Part shown: one piece after another, positions 1 through 9,772 of the stretch
Layout: each line of letters begins with the position of its first letter
Position numbering within the stretch: the stretch's first letter is position 1
NCBI GenBank assembly: GCA_963664525.1
Contig: OY761535.1
Span: 2,456,082 to 2,520,081 of the forward strand
Direction of reading: 5' to 3'
Source of the DNA: Arenicellales bacterium
GTDB taxonomy: Bacteria; Pseudomonadota; Gammaproteobacteria; Arenicellales; JAJDZL01
DNA: 64,000 nt
Position numbers and translations under genes: made by a program
The notes under the pieces: generated by a model
Told to the model about the DNA's origin: nothing
Databases searched by the model: none
The model's input: the letters and a program-made list of their open reading frames with translations, nothing else

Positions 1-123
1 TTCGAACGGTCTGCTTGTTCCTGCAACACTGTCCTGCGCCAATACATTGGCTCGAACGGTCAATAATCCGATCAATAAGAGCAGTGCGATGACAACTCTA
101 CTTAATGTAACCTGTTTATTCAT
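1..123 (-). CDS. 5' part of an exported protein, possibly an ABC-type substrate-binding protein; runs off the window edge
   Basis: Not in the ORF track. ATG at 123 overlaps the end of the upstream MFS gene (ATGAATAA). It reads MNKQVTLSRVVIALLLLIGLLTVRANVLAQDSVAGTSRPFE..., a Sec-type signal peptide, and stays open to position 1. Confidence 0.6.
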   Translation of the reverse strand, partial: MNKQVTLSRVVIALLLLIGLLTVRANVLAQDSVAGTSRPFE

Positions 124-2290
124 TCGTCAGTCCCATCTCAGATTCTTCACCCTGGCGCATCGCAGACAGATTTGTCAGCACAAAAAGGGAAATCAAGCCA
201 ACCAGTATCACACCGAATCCAACAATTGCGCCTTGATATCCGAATCCAGAGATCAGGGCGACTGCAATCAGCGGACCGAATACCATACCCAAGCGCTCAC
301 ATAGACGATAGGCGCCGACAACAGAAGCCCGTCCAAGCGTGTGTTCGTATCGTTGAGCAACCTGCTGAATGATAGAATTTTGTGAAGTCAACGTCAATGC
401 GTGACCCACGCCAAGCGAACAGATTGCCAAGGCAACCGCGTACGACGCATCGCCAAACAAGTTTGAAAAATATGCACCGATGCAACCGAATCCTGCTATG
501 GCAGTACCTAAGGCCACCATTGTTCCGTACTTCTCGGTACGGTCAGCATAACGTGCAGCAAAGGTCAGACAAATCAGTGTCAAAATTCCATAGAGCATCA
601 AAATCCGGCCGATGGAGGACTGGTTGTGGCCAAGTTCATTCAGATACAGCGGAACCAGGTACGCAATAAAACCGGCAACCATCATTTTCCCTGGTATTGC
701 GGCAAACAAGAGGACCGATACAAAGCGGATATCTTTCAGTAATGTGAGCCAGCCCTTGGCACCCAGAATCAATGCGGGTCGCGTACTGTTTGATTTTGGT
801 TTTTCCGGCTGCAAATTGCTGACGCGAAACACCTGATAAATGATCAATCCGGAAACTGTTGCCAGTGCTGCAGAAAGCAAAAATGTTGCTTCAAAGCCAA
901 AACGATCTGCAAAAATTCCACCGATTGGTGGACCGCAGATAATTCCTGCAAATACAGCCGCGACAAACACACCCGTCGCAGACGCCCGACTGAATCGTTT
1001 GGCATTTTGTGTAACCCAGCCTTCTGAAGCAATGAATACGAGCCCGTATCCGATTCCGGTCAAGATTCGATAAGCCACCAGATCATAGTAACTCTGCGTG
1101 TAAAAGTTGCCAATAAAGCCGACCACTGCAGCGGCGATTCCGACCATGAAGACGCGCCGTACACCAACCCGATCAACAAATCCACCACCCAGTGGCGTGG
1201 CAATCATCGCCGCCACCATGAACAGCGTGATCGGCAAACCGATCAGAAATTCGCTGGAAACCATCAGGTCCGTTGGAGCGTAGCGCTGAACGAATAGCGG
1301 CAAAAATGAGCGTGACAGTTCTTCGGAGAATATGAACAGAAAAAGTGGTACTCTGATGCGATCCGGTGCCTTCACCTGCAATGCCTCACCTCTTTCGAAG
1401 CGATAGCGGCTGTCGATATTCTTGTGTACGTCGGAGATTTTGTTTGCGATCTCACCTTGGATTTGCGCATTTTGGGTTTCACGCACATCGAAAACAAAGT
1501 CGTTATACCGGTGGCGCAAATTTTGCAGTGTCCGATTGAAACTTGAAGTCAGTTGGCCAATTTCATCGCTGCTGCGAACCAGCAGCCAAGAGGAAAATTT
1601 TCCTCGCGCACCTTCAGACATCGCACGCAATATCGTCTCCATCGGCTTTTCTACTCGAGCGACCGAAAAGAACAGCAAGAATTCAAAGGTTACAAGCCAG
1701 CAAATGATGACGATGGTGATGATTTCCCAGAAGACTTCACGCAGGTGGCTGCGTATACGATTACTGCTGACACCAACATGCAACACACTATCGTCTTGTT
1801 GCGCACCTTGTACAGTAAAGACACCAACGATGTACTCGTCCATCGCGTGCCCGAACTGTTCTTGCTCAATTTCCCTCATCGCCAGGTTCTGCAAGATGGT
1901 ATCCAATTCGTCCCGTGAAACCCCACTGACAAAAAGAACTTCACCGTCGGTATCGATCAGAGTCAGGTACTTGATATCATCGTTGTTCGCTAAAACACTT
2001 TGAAAATATTCGTTCATACCGACCAATTCATTGGCAGGAATCGCAAGTTCCCCGGTGGCATAAGACAACTGATCAGATAGTGCATGTCCGACTGCACTTG
2101 CTTTTTGGTGCAATTGTGGCTCGAGTTCTCGCTCAAAACCATCAAGAGAAAACCACGAGACTGCAGACTGACCTAGAACCAAAACAAAAACCGCCAGCAA
2201 AACCAGACTCACCAGCAATTTTCGCTGGTCTTGTCGAAACACCTGCTGTGCCGCTTTACTGTGGCTTTTCTTGCTGGTATTAGTGTTCAC
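116..2290 (-). CDS. Fusion of an N-terminal TM-periplasmic sensor-TM-HAMP region to a C-terminal MFS transporter
   Basis: TM1 LLVSLVLLAVFVLVLG; Cache-like DIKYLTLIDTDGEVLFVS; TM2; HAMP-like KPMETILRAMSEGARGKF...RSSDEIGQLTSSFN. About 12 further TMs carry MFS motif A (GGFVDRVGVRR), GPPIGGIFADRFG and ARYADRTEK. Confidence 0.85.
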   Translation of the reverse strand: MNTNTSKKSHSKAAQQVFRQDQRKLLVSLVLLAVFVLVLGQSAVSWFSLDGFERELEPQLHQKASAVGHALSDQLSYATGELAIPANELVGMNEYFQSVLANNDDIKYLTLIDTDGEVLFVSGVSRDELDTILQNLAMREIEQEQFGHAMDEYIVGVFTVQGAQQDDSVLHVGVSSNRIRSHLREVFWEIITIVIICWLVTFEFLLFFSVARVEKPMETILRAMSEGARGKFSSWLLVRSSDEIGQLTSSFNRTLQNLRHRYNDFVFDVRETQNAQIQGEIANKISDVHKNIDSRYRFERGEALQVKAPDRIRVPLFLFIFSEELSRSFLPLFVQRYAPTDLMVSSEFLIGLPITLFMVAAMIATPLGGGFVDRVGVRRVFMVGIAAAVVGFIGNFYTQSYYDLVAYRILTGIGYGLVFIASEGWVTQNAKRFSRASATGVFVAAVFAGIICGPPIGGIFADRFGFEATFLLSAALATVSGLIIYQVFRVSNLQPEKPKSNSTRPALILGAKGWLTLLKDIRFVSVLLFAAIPGKMMVAGFIAYLVPLYLNELGHNQSSIGRILMLYGILTLICLTFAARYADRTEKYGTMVALGTAIAGFGCIGAYFSNLFGDASYAVALAICSLGVGHALTLTSQNSIIQQVAQRYEHTLGRASVVGAYRLCERLGMVFGPLIAVALISGFGYQGAIVGFGVILVGLISLFVLTNLSAMRQGEESEMGLTNE

Positions 2291-3075
2291 GCGGTTTCCT
2301 CGTCCAATCGACGAAGCTCGCCGACCGCTGAATCGAGCGAGTCCATCGCACCGAATACCGCGCCGGAGAACTCTTCAAACTCAGGATGTCTCGCGTTGGC
2401 TTCGAGCAGGCTTTCGCTGTCGCGGCGCCGTTCACTGATATCTGCCAAAGCTTCGCTCATAATCTTCCAGTCCTGAAAATGTCCCCGGAGCAGCGTCGTG
2501 CAACCCAGCACACTGAGCAAAGTGACCACAATTGCGACAATTCCAACAATCAGCGTCAATCGTTCCAACTGCTGAGCAACGCTTTGGTCAAGAAAATAAC
2601 GTGAATAACGAAGTGCGATCGCACCAACATTCTGGTTCAAGTTGTTTTGCAGGCCAACACCGACGACACCTGCGTCATTTTCCAGCATCGACCAGGAAGC
2701 GGATTTGTTGCGATTGACTTGCCAGGCAAAAATCCAGTTTTCAGCGATCAGATCGCCGATAAAACTGGGGTCGGTACTGAAAATTACGGTCCCGGATTCA
2801 TCAAAAATTTCGATAGAGAGAATCTGCTCGTCATTGAGCAAGAGCGAGTCCAACTCGTCGTTGATATTTTCAAGGTTGACCAGTGCCAAGCCCAAATCCA
2901 TTTGAGTTTCAATTCGGGCACGCAGATCATTTGCAACGAACTCAAACCGGGAAGTCAAAAGATCAGCGAGTGTGCGTTCGTATTTGTGCAAACTCAATAC
3001 ACTGGTTAAGACCGTGCCTGCAACAAGTGTCAGCGCGAGCACCAGCGCAATCCGGTAAGCGAAACCAAGTTTCAC
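2287..3075 (-). CDS. Membrane protein with TM-periplasmic Cache-like domain-TM and a degenerate HAMP-like tail; no output domain
   Basis: Two TM segments flank QILSIEIFDESGTVIFST, which parallels the sensor part of the downstream fusion. Its stop overlaps the next start (GTGA). Confidence 0.7.
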   Translation of the reverse strand: MKLGFAYRIALVLALTLVAGTVLTSVLSLHKYERTLADLLTSRFEFVANDLRARIETQMDLGLALVNLENINDELDSLLLNDEQILSIEIFDESGTVIFSTDPSFIGDLIAENWIFAWQVNRNKSASWSMLENDAGVVGVGLQNNLNQNVGAIALRYSRYFLDQSVAQQLERLTLIVGIVAIVVTLLSVLGCTTLLRGHFQDWKIMSEALADISERRRDSESLLEANARHPEFEEFSGAVFGAMDSLDSAVGELRRLDEETA

Positions 3076-3231
3076 TTAATGACGCCTCCTAGCCGTAATA
3101 TCTGTTCTTTGGTTTAGTTGATGCAACACAAATGGGAGCAAGCGAGAAACCGTTCCTTTTTTATTTCTTGCGATTATAAGTTTTTCTCAAGCCACTCACA
3201 TTCAATCTGAAACCAGTTTTACCAGAGTGTG

Positions 3232-5427
3232 CTAACTGCGCGGGCTGAATGATTGCCATGTTCCTTTAAGACCTGTTTGACCCACGCCGGGCTTGTTCCA
3301 GTCACATACCCCTGCGGAAAAGATTTGGCGGAGGCGGTTCCTTTCCCCCGGAAGAAAGGCTACAGCGTAATCAGTTAAGTCTACCGGTTTGAGCTGACAC
3401 TTTACGATGTCACCTGCTAGGGGCGCCCCGGCAACCTCGCGCGGTGATGGCGGTGACGGGTACAATAAATTACATTTACCCGAATCACGTTGCTGCGTTT
3501 CAACGATTTTCACCGGTTTTTCATTACGAGACCAACACGCATCGGTCAACTCTTCGGGCTTAGCCTGCGCCAATTTGTCTGGCAATGTTTTCACAGAATC
3601 GTCTACGGCCAAGGCTTGCAGCCATTGGTCCATATAACGCAGAGCACTGCGAAGCAACGGACTTTCCATGTTATAGAGACCGTAGCGATAGTCCTCCACG
3701 AGCATGATGTGGTTGTCAATTCGCCCGTTTGCCTTGCGCAAACGCTCACGCATGGAAAACGAGTGGTATCGTGTATGCACGTCTCCGGTTTCAAGATCGT
3801 CGCTGTAGGCTCGGTAGTCGATGATGGGCGTATGCGCAAGTCCTCCTCCCCCACTGGTCAATCGGCCGGTCTCATACGCGATCCGCACTGCTTCCAGATC
3901 CGCCACAGTACGGTTCGGTTGAAATTGCCCATCGCTGTCGTATCCACCAATTTTCTCGTTCAGGTCCAGAAACTGGGCAGGGCTGATCACGCCATCGTTG
4001 AGAGCCAGAAGACCATACTGTACTCCGACATTATCAAGCGGGCGGCGGACAAACCCGGTCATTGAATTTCGCCCATACACATTCACATAATGCTCAAACA
4101 CCTCGCATCTCGCACCGGTCGGGTTGTCCTTCGGGTGATACCGCAACGATTGCGGCAAAACATCGGGGCAAAATTCGCCGATGGTAATTCTTCCGGCTTT
4201 GTGGGATACATTGGGCATCGTTTCCCAAACCAGAAAACCGGCAACTGCCTTTTGCTGTTCTTTGGTGAAAAGACCGACGCCCTCGTTCTTAAAGTAGCGG
4301 TTCAACAGCCTGGCATCGGTAATCATCGAAACTGTGCTAAAGCCGACTTCAGGAAAGCTACACCCGGGAATAATCCCGTCGAGCAAGCCCGGATAATTGT
4401 CTGCGGTCTGGTGTGCCTGGTATGAGCCGCCAGAACAGCCCATGCCAATGGTATAAAGCGGCACGCCATATCCCTCAATAAAACGCTCTTTGACCATCAT
4501 TGTGGTCTCGGCAGCCAACACATCATTGCAATTGTTGCCGAACACGTTGAGAGTTGAAGAAGCAATTGCGTAGCCCAGACCGAGCATCCACGGGTCTGTG
4601 ACGCCGCCGGTGCGGGCACCCTGGCGAAACCAGCCGTTCACGCAACCGCCGCCGAAGGTGTATATCAAGCGGCCATTCCAGCCTTTGGTAGAAGTCCATG
4701 GATCCGGCTCATCGTCGGTACTCGGATCCTGCAGCATCGCAATCTGGTAGATGGCACGGTTAAGGGTGCCAGTCTCAATCCGAACGATGAACGGTACCGT
4801 TGCACCGGTCACTGTGGTTGTGGTCGCGATATCCTCGGGTCTGACATTCGGGTCAACCAGCGCTTTCATTTTTCCATCCAAGATGGAGCGATAGGCGTAA
4901 TCTATACGGTGCCTGATGGAGCAGGCCTCGTCGAGCGACTGACCCAAGGTCTCACCCGACACCAGCAAAAATGCATCCGTTTCGCAGATGAACGGCTGTT
5001 GCTGTGGTCCGGAAAAGACAGGACCCGTGGCGGGATAGTTCCTGAATGGTAGGGAATCCAACGTTCTGCCGTCGGAGTCTGTAAGCCTGAAAGTTCCAAT
5101 CTCCGGGAGATTGTTCACCAATCCCGATCGAATACCTGAAGATGTCATAGGAAACGACGAGGTCACCTCCATTGCATCAAGGAACACCCGAATGGCGGAC
5201 AGATCATGCTCAGCTGCAGCTGATATTCCGACCAAAGCATCTGCGCCGGTGACCATGTCAGGCCGACTCGACAGTAGCTGGATCTCATACGCACTGTCGA
5301 ATAAATCTTCACCTCGCGCAATACCAGCTACGAAGGCAGATAGAATACCCAGGATTAGAATGATCTTCGCAATATTGCGACTAATTTTTCCTGATTCGCA
5401 ATCTTCCATTGTGCCATTTCCAAGCAT
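3232..5427 (-). CDS. Exported DUF6351-like (tannase/feruloyl-esterase-like) alpha/beta hydrolase
   Basis: N-terminal hydrophobic signal; LSSRPDMVTGADAL start; WNGRLIYTFGGGC; nucleophile elbow GCSGGS; RRPLDNVGVQYGL; Cys-rich C-terminus (KCQLKP, GVCDW). Confidence 0.75.
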   Translation of the reverse strand: MLGNGTMEDCESGKISRNIAKIILILGILSAFVAGIARGEDLFDSAYEIQLLSSRPDMVTGADALVGISAAAEHDLSAIRVFLDAMEVTSSFPMTSSGIRSGLVNNLPEIGTFRLTDSDGRTLDSLPFRNYPATGPVFSGPQQQPFICETDAFLLVSGETLGQSLDEACSIRHRIDYAYRSILDGKMKALVDPNVRPEDIATTTTVTGATVPFIVRIETGTLNRAIYQIAMLQDPSTDDEPDPWTSTKGWNGRLIYTFGGGCVNGWFRQGARTGGVTDPWMLGLGYAIASSTLNVFGNNCNDVLAAETTMMVKERFIEGYGVPLYTIGMGCSGGSYQAHQTADNYPGLLDGIIPGCSFPEVGFSTVSMITDARLLNRYFKNEGVGLFTKEQQKAVAGFLVWETMPNVSHKAGRITIGEFCPDVLPQSLRYHPKDNPTGARCEVFEHYVNVYGRNSMTGFVRRPLDNVGVQYGLLALNDGVISPAQFLDLNEKIGGYDSDGQFQPNRTVADLEAVRIAYETGRLTSGGGGLAHTPIIDYRAYSDDLETGDVHTRYHSFSMRERLRKANGRIDNHIMLVEDYRYGLYNMESPLLRSALRYMDQWLQALAVDDSVKTLPDKLAQAKPEELTDACWSRNEKPVKIVETQQRDSGKCNLLYPSPPSPREVAGAPLAGDIVKCQLKPVDLTDYAVAFLPGERNRLRQIFSAGVCDWNKPGVGQTGLKGTWQSFSPRS

Positions 5428-5688
5428 TTGAATTCGATAGAATGCTCATATAAACGCTATTGTATGTAGATGCTACGTACATACCTGCGATTGCGAAAAA
5501 CTGATGAATCCATAAACCGTATCAAAGTGGTAGCTTGACTACGGGTCAACAGCGAGTGTGGATTATTCGGCAATATCAGTTCTATTACTGATACAGTTCT
5601 TAACTCACGAACCAATCACTTTGATCCTCGGCAGAAAATGAATGATGACCTTTACAGGGAAAATGAAACAATTTGTGGTTTTGACTGA

Positions 5689-6810
5689 TCAATTGATTTT
5701 ACGGTACAGGCACGTCGTAGGCCCACCAGCCAGCGCACCGTATAGAGGCTCATGTTGCGAGTCTCTCCACTGACGCATTTTTTCCGATACAGGATGGTCC
5801 GGGAATTGACTGATAAATAATTCAGACCAGGCGAGGTGCCGCGTTCCTGAACTTCTAGTTCTGATCAGTTTGGTCTGCTTCTTTTCAAAAAGCTGATCCC
5901 ATAACCATTCCACGCCATCGACAATGGTACCTTTCTTGGGTGCATATTCGAATACATCGTCGTAGCCTGACCGATGAAGAATAAATGCCGATGCGAGCGC
6001 TGTCTGGTAAGTCATATTCGGATAGTAGACATGGTCTTTCTTTTTTGCCCAAAACCGCCAGATGCGATCTTTACCACGTTTGCCGACACTGAGCATTGAT
6101 TTTTTGTAGTACTTCAGTGCAGTTTCCAGAATTTCATGGTTTCCAGTCGCATTGCCCCAATGGGCATACCCTGTTGCCTGCAAACCACGTCGATCAACGC
6201 CTTTGGTTTTCCCTCCAAAAGAATTTTTCTTATTGACTGTCGTTTCGTAAATTGAATCGCCCCAATTTTTAACAGCTTCAATCAGATTTGTATCGTCAGG
6301 ATATTCTGTTTTCAATATCAAATATGCGTGTGCCACTGGCCCTAGAAATGCACCAAGCTGAAAATACGGCTCGTTATAGGCATTGTAGGAAGACGGCAGT
6401 TCTTTTGGTTTATAGGGTTGGACGTCTGAGAAAGCGTTAATGCGCACCGCTTCAGCAAGTACTTCCCGAATTTCTTCCGCGGCGAAAGTGGACCCGCGGT
6501 AGTAGTTTTCCACCAACAAATAAATGGCGTGTCCCGCCATCTGGACATTCGATTCTTGCCACTGTAGATGCCCGGTAATGACAGCCTGTTTGCTTAACTT
6601 GATGAGCGTAATCCTAGACCCACAATATTTCGACCGCTCGTAGCTAGACAATGATGCGATTTCATTCTTCCTTGCTTGAACATCGATAAATGGCTCAATA
6701 GACGTTTGCTCAGCACTGGTTGCAGCATGCAGGTTTGCAGTGTTGAATGAAACGGCTACCAAGACTGCTGTCAAAAGAAAGGTTGAAAATTTGTGCGAAA
6801 AGATCTTCAT
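5689..6810 (-). CDS. Exported protein, possibly alginate-lyase-like (alpha/alpha toroid)
   Basis: Signal peptide (FLLTAVLVAVSFNTANLHA). The helical C-terminal half, YYPNMTYQTALASAFILHRSGYDDVF...GTIVDGVEWL, resembles alginate-lyase-family helices. The canonical NNH motif is not seen. Confidence 0.4.
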   Translation of the reverse strand: MKIFSHKFSTFLLTAVLVAVSFNTANLHAATSAEQTSIEPFIDVQARKNEIASLSSYERSKYCGSRITLIKLSKQAVITGHLQWQESNVQMAGHAIYLLVENYYRGSTFAAEEIREVLAEAVRINAFSDVQPYKPKELPSSYNAYNEPYFQLGAFLGPVAHAYLILKTEYPDDTNLIEAVKNWGDSIYETTVNKKNSFGGKTKGVDRRGLQATGYAHWGNATGNHEILETALKYYKKSMLSVGKRGKDRIWRFWAKKKDHVYYPNMTYQTALASAFILHRSGYDDVFEYAPKKGTIVDGVEWLWDQLFEKKQTKLIRTRSSGTRHLAWSELFISQFPDHPVSEKMRQWRDSQHEPLYGALAGGPTTCLYRKIN

Positions 6811-7234
6811 GGAAACTCCTAGCCAAGTCGTGATTTCGAAATAGGAATTGTGTCAAGACTCAATACATTGTAATTGAAAAGAATTCAGCCTTTTTTTTCA
6901 ACTTTTGGAGTGGTATTCCTATTAGCACTGGTGCTTGCCTAGTCAATCGTTGAGGCGGTGGTGCGATCATGCAGCCCAAGTCAGTGCATCTTATCTGAAC
7001 GGAACTTGGCTGACTGAAATTCAACATTTTGATCAGCCACATCGCGAGGCATAATGGATGGGGTGTGAACTTGCAGGCCCATTCAGCGACCTGTTGCACT
7101 GGAACAAGGTCTGGCGAACAAATACATTCGTTAGAATCGTAGCCTGCAATTTTAATACTTTTCGAACATATGGATGATTGACTGACAATCACAGATGGTT
7201 GTCATCGACCGTCGTACAGTTTTGTCGCGCAGAA

Positions 7235-7909
7235 ATGATCGGGATCATTAAACTCAATACTAACTTTCCCCGCTTGCCGGGAGATATTGGCAATGAAAAT
7301 TCGTTTGCCCTACCCGTCGAGTATGAAACTGTCGAGTCAGCAACAGTCGATTGTGTCGTCAGTGATCAACCGCCATCTGATTTACTGATCCAGAAATTCA
7401 TCGAAGCTGCAAAGCGACTTGAACAAGAAGGCGCTGTCGTGATTGGTACAAGTTGCGGTTTCTTGTCTTCGACACAGACATTGCTGCAAAATGCCGTGGC
7501 GGTTCCTGTGTTGACATCCTCTTTAATCCTGATTCCGACGTTACGATCATTTTTTGGGGAAAACGTCAAAATCGCGGTGTTGACCTTTGATGAACTGACG
7601 CTTTCTTCAAAGCATTTGCTGGTCGATTCTGACCAGAATATTGTCATTCACGGTTTGCCGAAAAAAGGACACCTGTACAAATGCATCAAGGACGATCAGG
7701 CGACGCTCGATCCACATGCTGCCTTACGCGAAGTGTTGGAATGCGCGAACTCGGCTATTGCAAAACACAGTGATCTTGATCTTTTTTTGTTAGAGTGCAC
7801 CAACCTTTCCCCATACAAGATGGAAATTAGACAGCACTTGGAAAAACCTGTTTTTGACCTTGTCGATGCGCTGCTTTGGGTCGCAGGTGCAAGTGGCGTT
7901 ACTCGCTAG
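7235..7909 (+). CDS. Aspartate/glutamate/hydantoin racemase family protein
   Basis: IGIIKLNTNFPRLPGDIGN and both catalytic Cys motifs (TSCGF, LECTNL). ATG 7235 is preferred to the ORF-track TTG at 7178. Confidence 0.85.
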   Translation: MIGIIKLNTNFPRLPGDIGNENSFALPVEYETVESATVDCVVSDQPPSDLLIQKFIEAAKRLEQEGAVVIGTSCGFLSSTQTLLQNAVAVPVLTSSLILIPTLRSFFGENVKIAVLTFDELTLSSKHLLVDSDQNIVIHGLPKKGHLYKCIKDDQATLDPHAALREVLECANSAIAKHSDLDLFLLECTNLSPYKMEIRQHLEKPVFDLVDALLWVAGASGVTR

Positions 7910-7913
7910 CGGC

Positions 7914-9212
7914 TCAACCTTGCATCATTACGCTGGGCAGATAGGTGGCCAATTCCGGGAATACCAGTAAAACGCAAACTGCGACGATCATCAAAAGAAA
8001 CATTGGCGCTGCCGCACGGGCAATGAACGCCATATCTTTGCCTGTCATGTCCTGAAGAACAAACAGGTTAAATCCAACGGGCGGTGTAATCTGGGCCATC
8101 TCAACGGCAACCATCAAGAATATGCCAAACCAAATCATGTCAAATCCAGCGTTTCTAGCCATTGGCTCGATCACCGCCATAGTCAAAACTACGGATGAAA
8201 TTCCGTCGAGAAAGCAACCCAGAACGATATAAAACGCCAGAAGTGCGAAAATCAGCATCCACGGCGAGAGGGACAGTTCACCGATCCATTCTGCCAATGT
8301 GCGAGGCAAGCCGGTAAATCCCATGGTCAAAGAAAGAAATGTTGAACCGGCGAGAATAAATGCAATCATGGCTGAGGTGCGGGTCGCCCCCATCAAAGCG
8401 GTCATAAACGTTTCGCGAGTCAAAGACCCCTGCAATCCAGAGATCACCAAGGCACCAATAACACCGAGAACAGCCGCTTCTGTCGCAGTTGCAAGTCCCA
8501 AATATATCGAACCCATCACCCCAACTATCAAAAGTACAACCGGTATCAGTTGCACGACATCTTTCATATCACCGGTTTGATCGGCAATGTTCTCGATTTT
8601 GCGTTTTTTTGTAACCACACCCCAAATGGTTACATACCCCATAAACAACAGTGCAAGCATTATGCCGGGCAAGATTCCGGCAATGAACAACTGCGCAATC
8701 GACTCATTGACGGTGATTCCATAGATGATCAACGTAATTGACGGTGGTATCAGTAAGCCTAGCGTCCCCGCTCCAGCCAAGGTGCCGATGATCATGTTTT
8801 CAGGATATTTCCTGGCGCGCAGTTCCGGAATCGACATTTTGCCAACAGTGGCAACTGTCGCAGCGGAAGAACCCGATATCGCAGCAAAGACGGTACAACC
8901 TGCAATATTGACGTGTAACAGCCCTCCAGGCAATCGCCATAAGATCGGAGATAAGCCTTTGAACAGATTCTCAGAAAGCTTGGTGCGAAACAAAATCTCG
9001 CCCATCCAAATAAACAGCGGCAATGCCGTTAGAGTCCAACTGGATGCCCCACCCCAAATTGTGGTTGCCATTGCGTCCCCAACCGGGCGATCGGTAAATA
9101 AGAGCATGCCGATCCACGCAACACCGATCAAACTCATTCCAATCCATACGCCTGATCCTAGCAGCAGGAATAGTACAAACAAGAAGATGAGAATCAGGCT
9201 AAGCTCTTCCAT
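7914..9212 (-). CDS. dctM: TRAP transporter large permease
   Basis: LTALPLFIWMGEIL, FAAISGSSAAT, GTLGLLIPPSI, ATATEAA, ITPPVGFNLFV. Confidence 0.95.
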   Translation of the reverse strand: MEELSLILIFLFVLFLLLGSGVWIGMSLIGVAWIGMLLFTDRPVGDAMATTIWGGASSWTLTALPLFIWMGEILFRTKLSENLFKGLSPILWRLPGGLLHVNIAGCTVFAAISGSSAATVATVGKMSIPELRARKYPENMIIGTLAGAGTLGLLIPPSITLIIYGITVNESIAQLFIAGILPGIMLALLFMGYVTIWGVVTKKRKIENIADQTGDMKDVVQLIPVVLLIVGVMGSIYLGLATATEAAVLGVIGALVISGLQGSLTRETFMTALMGATRTSAMIAFILAGSTFLSLTMGFTGLPRTLAEWIGELSLSPWMLIFALLAFYIVLGCFLDGISSVVLTMAVIEPMARNAGFDMIWFGIFLMVAVEMAQITPPVGFNLFVLQDMTGKDMAFIARAAAPMFLLMIVAVCVLLVFPELATYLPSVMMQG

Positions 9213-9723
9213 CGATTGATTCGATCTCCTGAGGGCGACTGAGCAGACATTTCACCAAGTGATGGACGCAGCAAATAGCCAACAGTACCGAGCCGACGAC
9301 TGCCAGTACTTGCGGTTTCCAAAGCAATATTGCGTCAGATCCTTCACTGTGTTCTTCAAATTTCCACGACCAGTAGGCCAATTTAGCCAAATAGGCTGCC
9401 AGCAGAACTGAAACGATGGACGCAACTGATAAACACCAGACTTCAACGTACCATCGTTTCATCGTCCCAAGTCGTGAAACCAAAACTTCGACTCGTATAT
9501 GACCCTTGCTTTGAAATGTGTAGGCCAGCGCAAAGAAACTGGCGGCTGCCATGGCATAACCAGAGTATTCGGTCAGCCCTGGAACGTAAATCGACAACAA
9601 GCGCGATACGATGCTGACAGTGACCAGAATCGCGATGGTTACCAGGCACGCCGCAGCCAAGTAGCCGCCGATAAGATAAAGACGAATCAGGTACTGATCA
9701 AGTCTAACAAAAAAGGGCTTCAC
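9199..9723 (-). CDS. dctQ: TRAP transporter small permease
   Basis: Four TMs, GHIRVEV motif, located between dctP and dctM. Confidence 0.9.
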   Translation of the reverse strand: MKPFFVRLDQYLIRLYLIGGYLAAACLVTIAILVTVSIVSRLLSIYVPGLTEYSGYAMAAASFFALAYTFQSKGHIRVEVLVSRLGTMKRWYVEVWCLSVASIVSVLLAAYLAKLAYWSWKFEEHSEGSDAILLWKPQVLAVVGSVLLAICCVHHLVKCLLSRPQEIESIDGRA

Positions 9724-9772
9724 GCGACGTCGCCCAAAACAATTGGTTTAAAGATTTACTTGGCGCTCGCGC

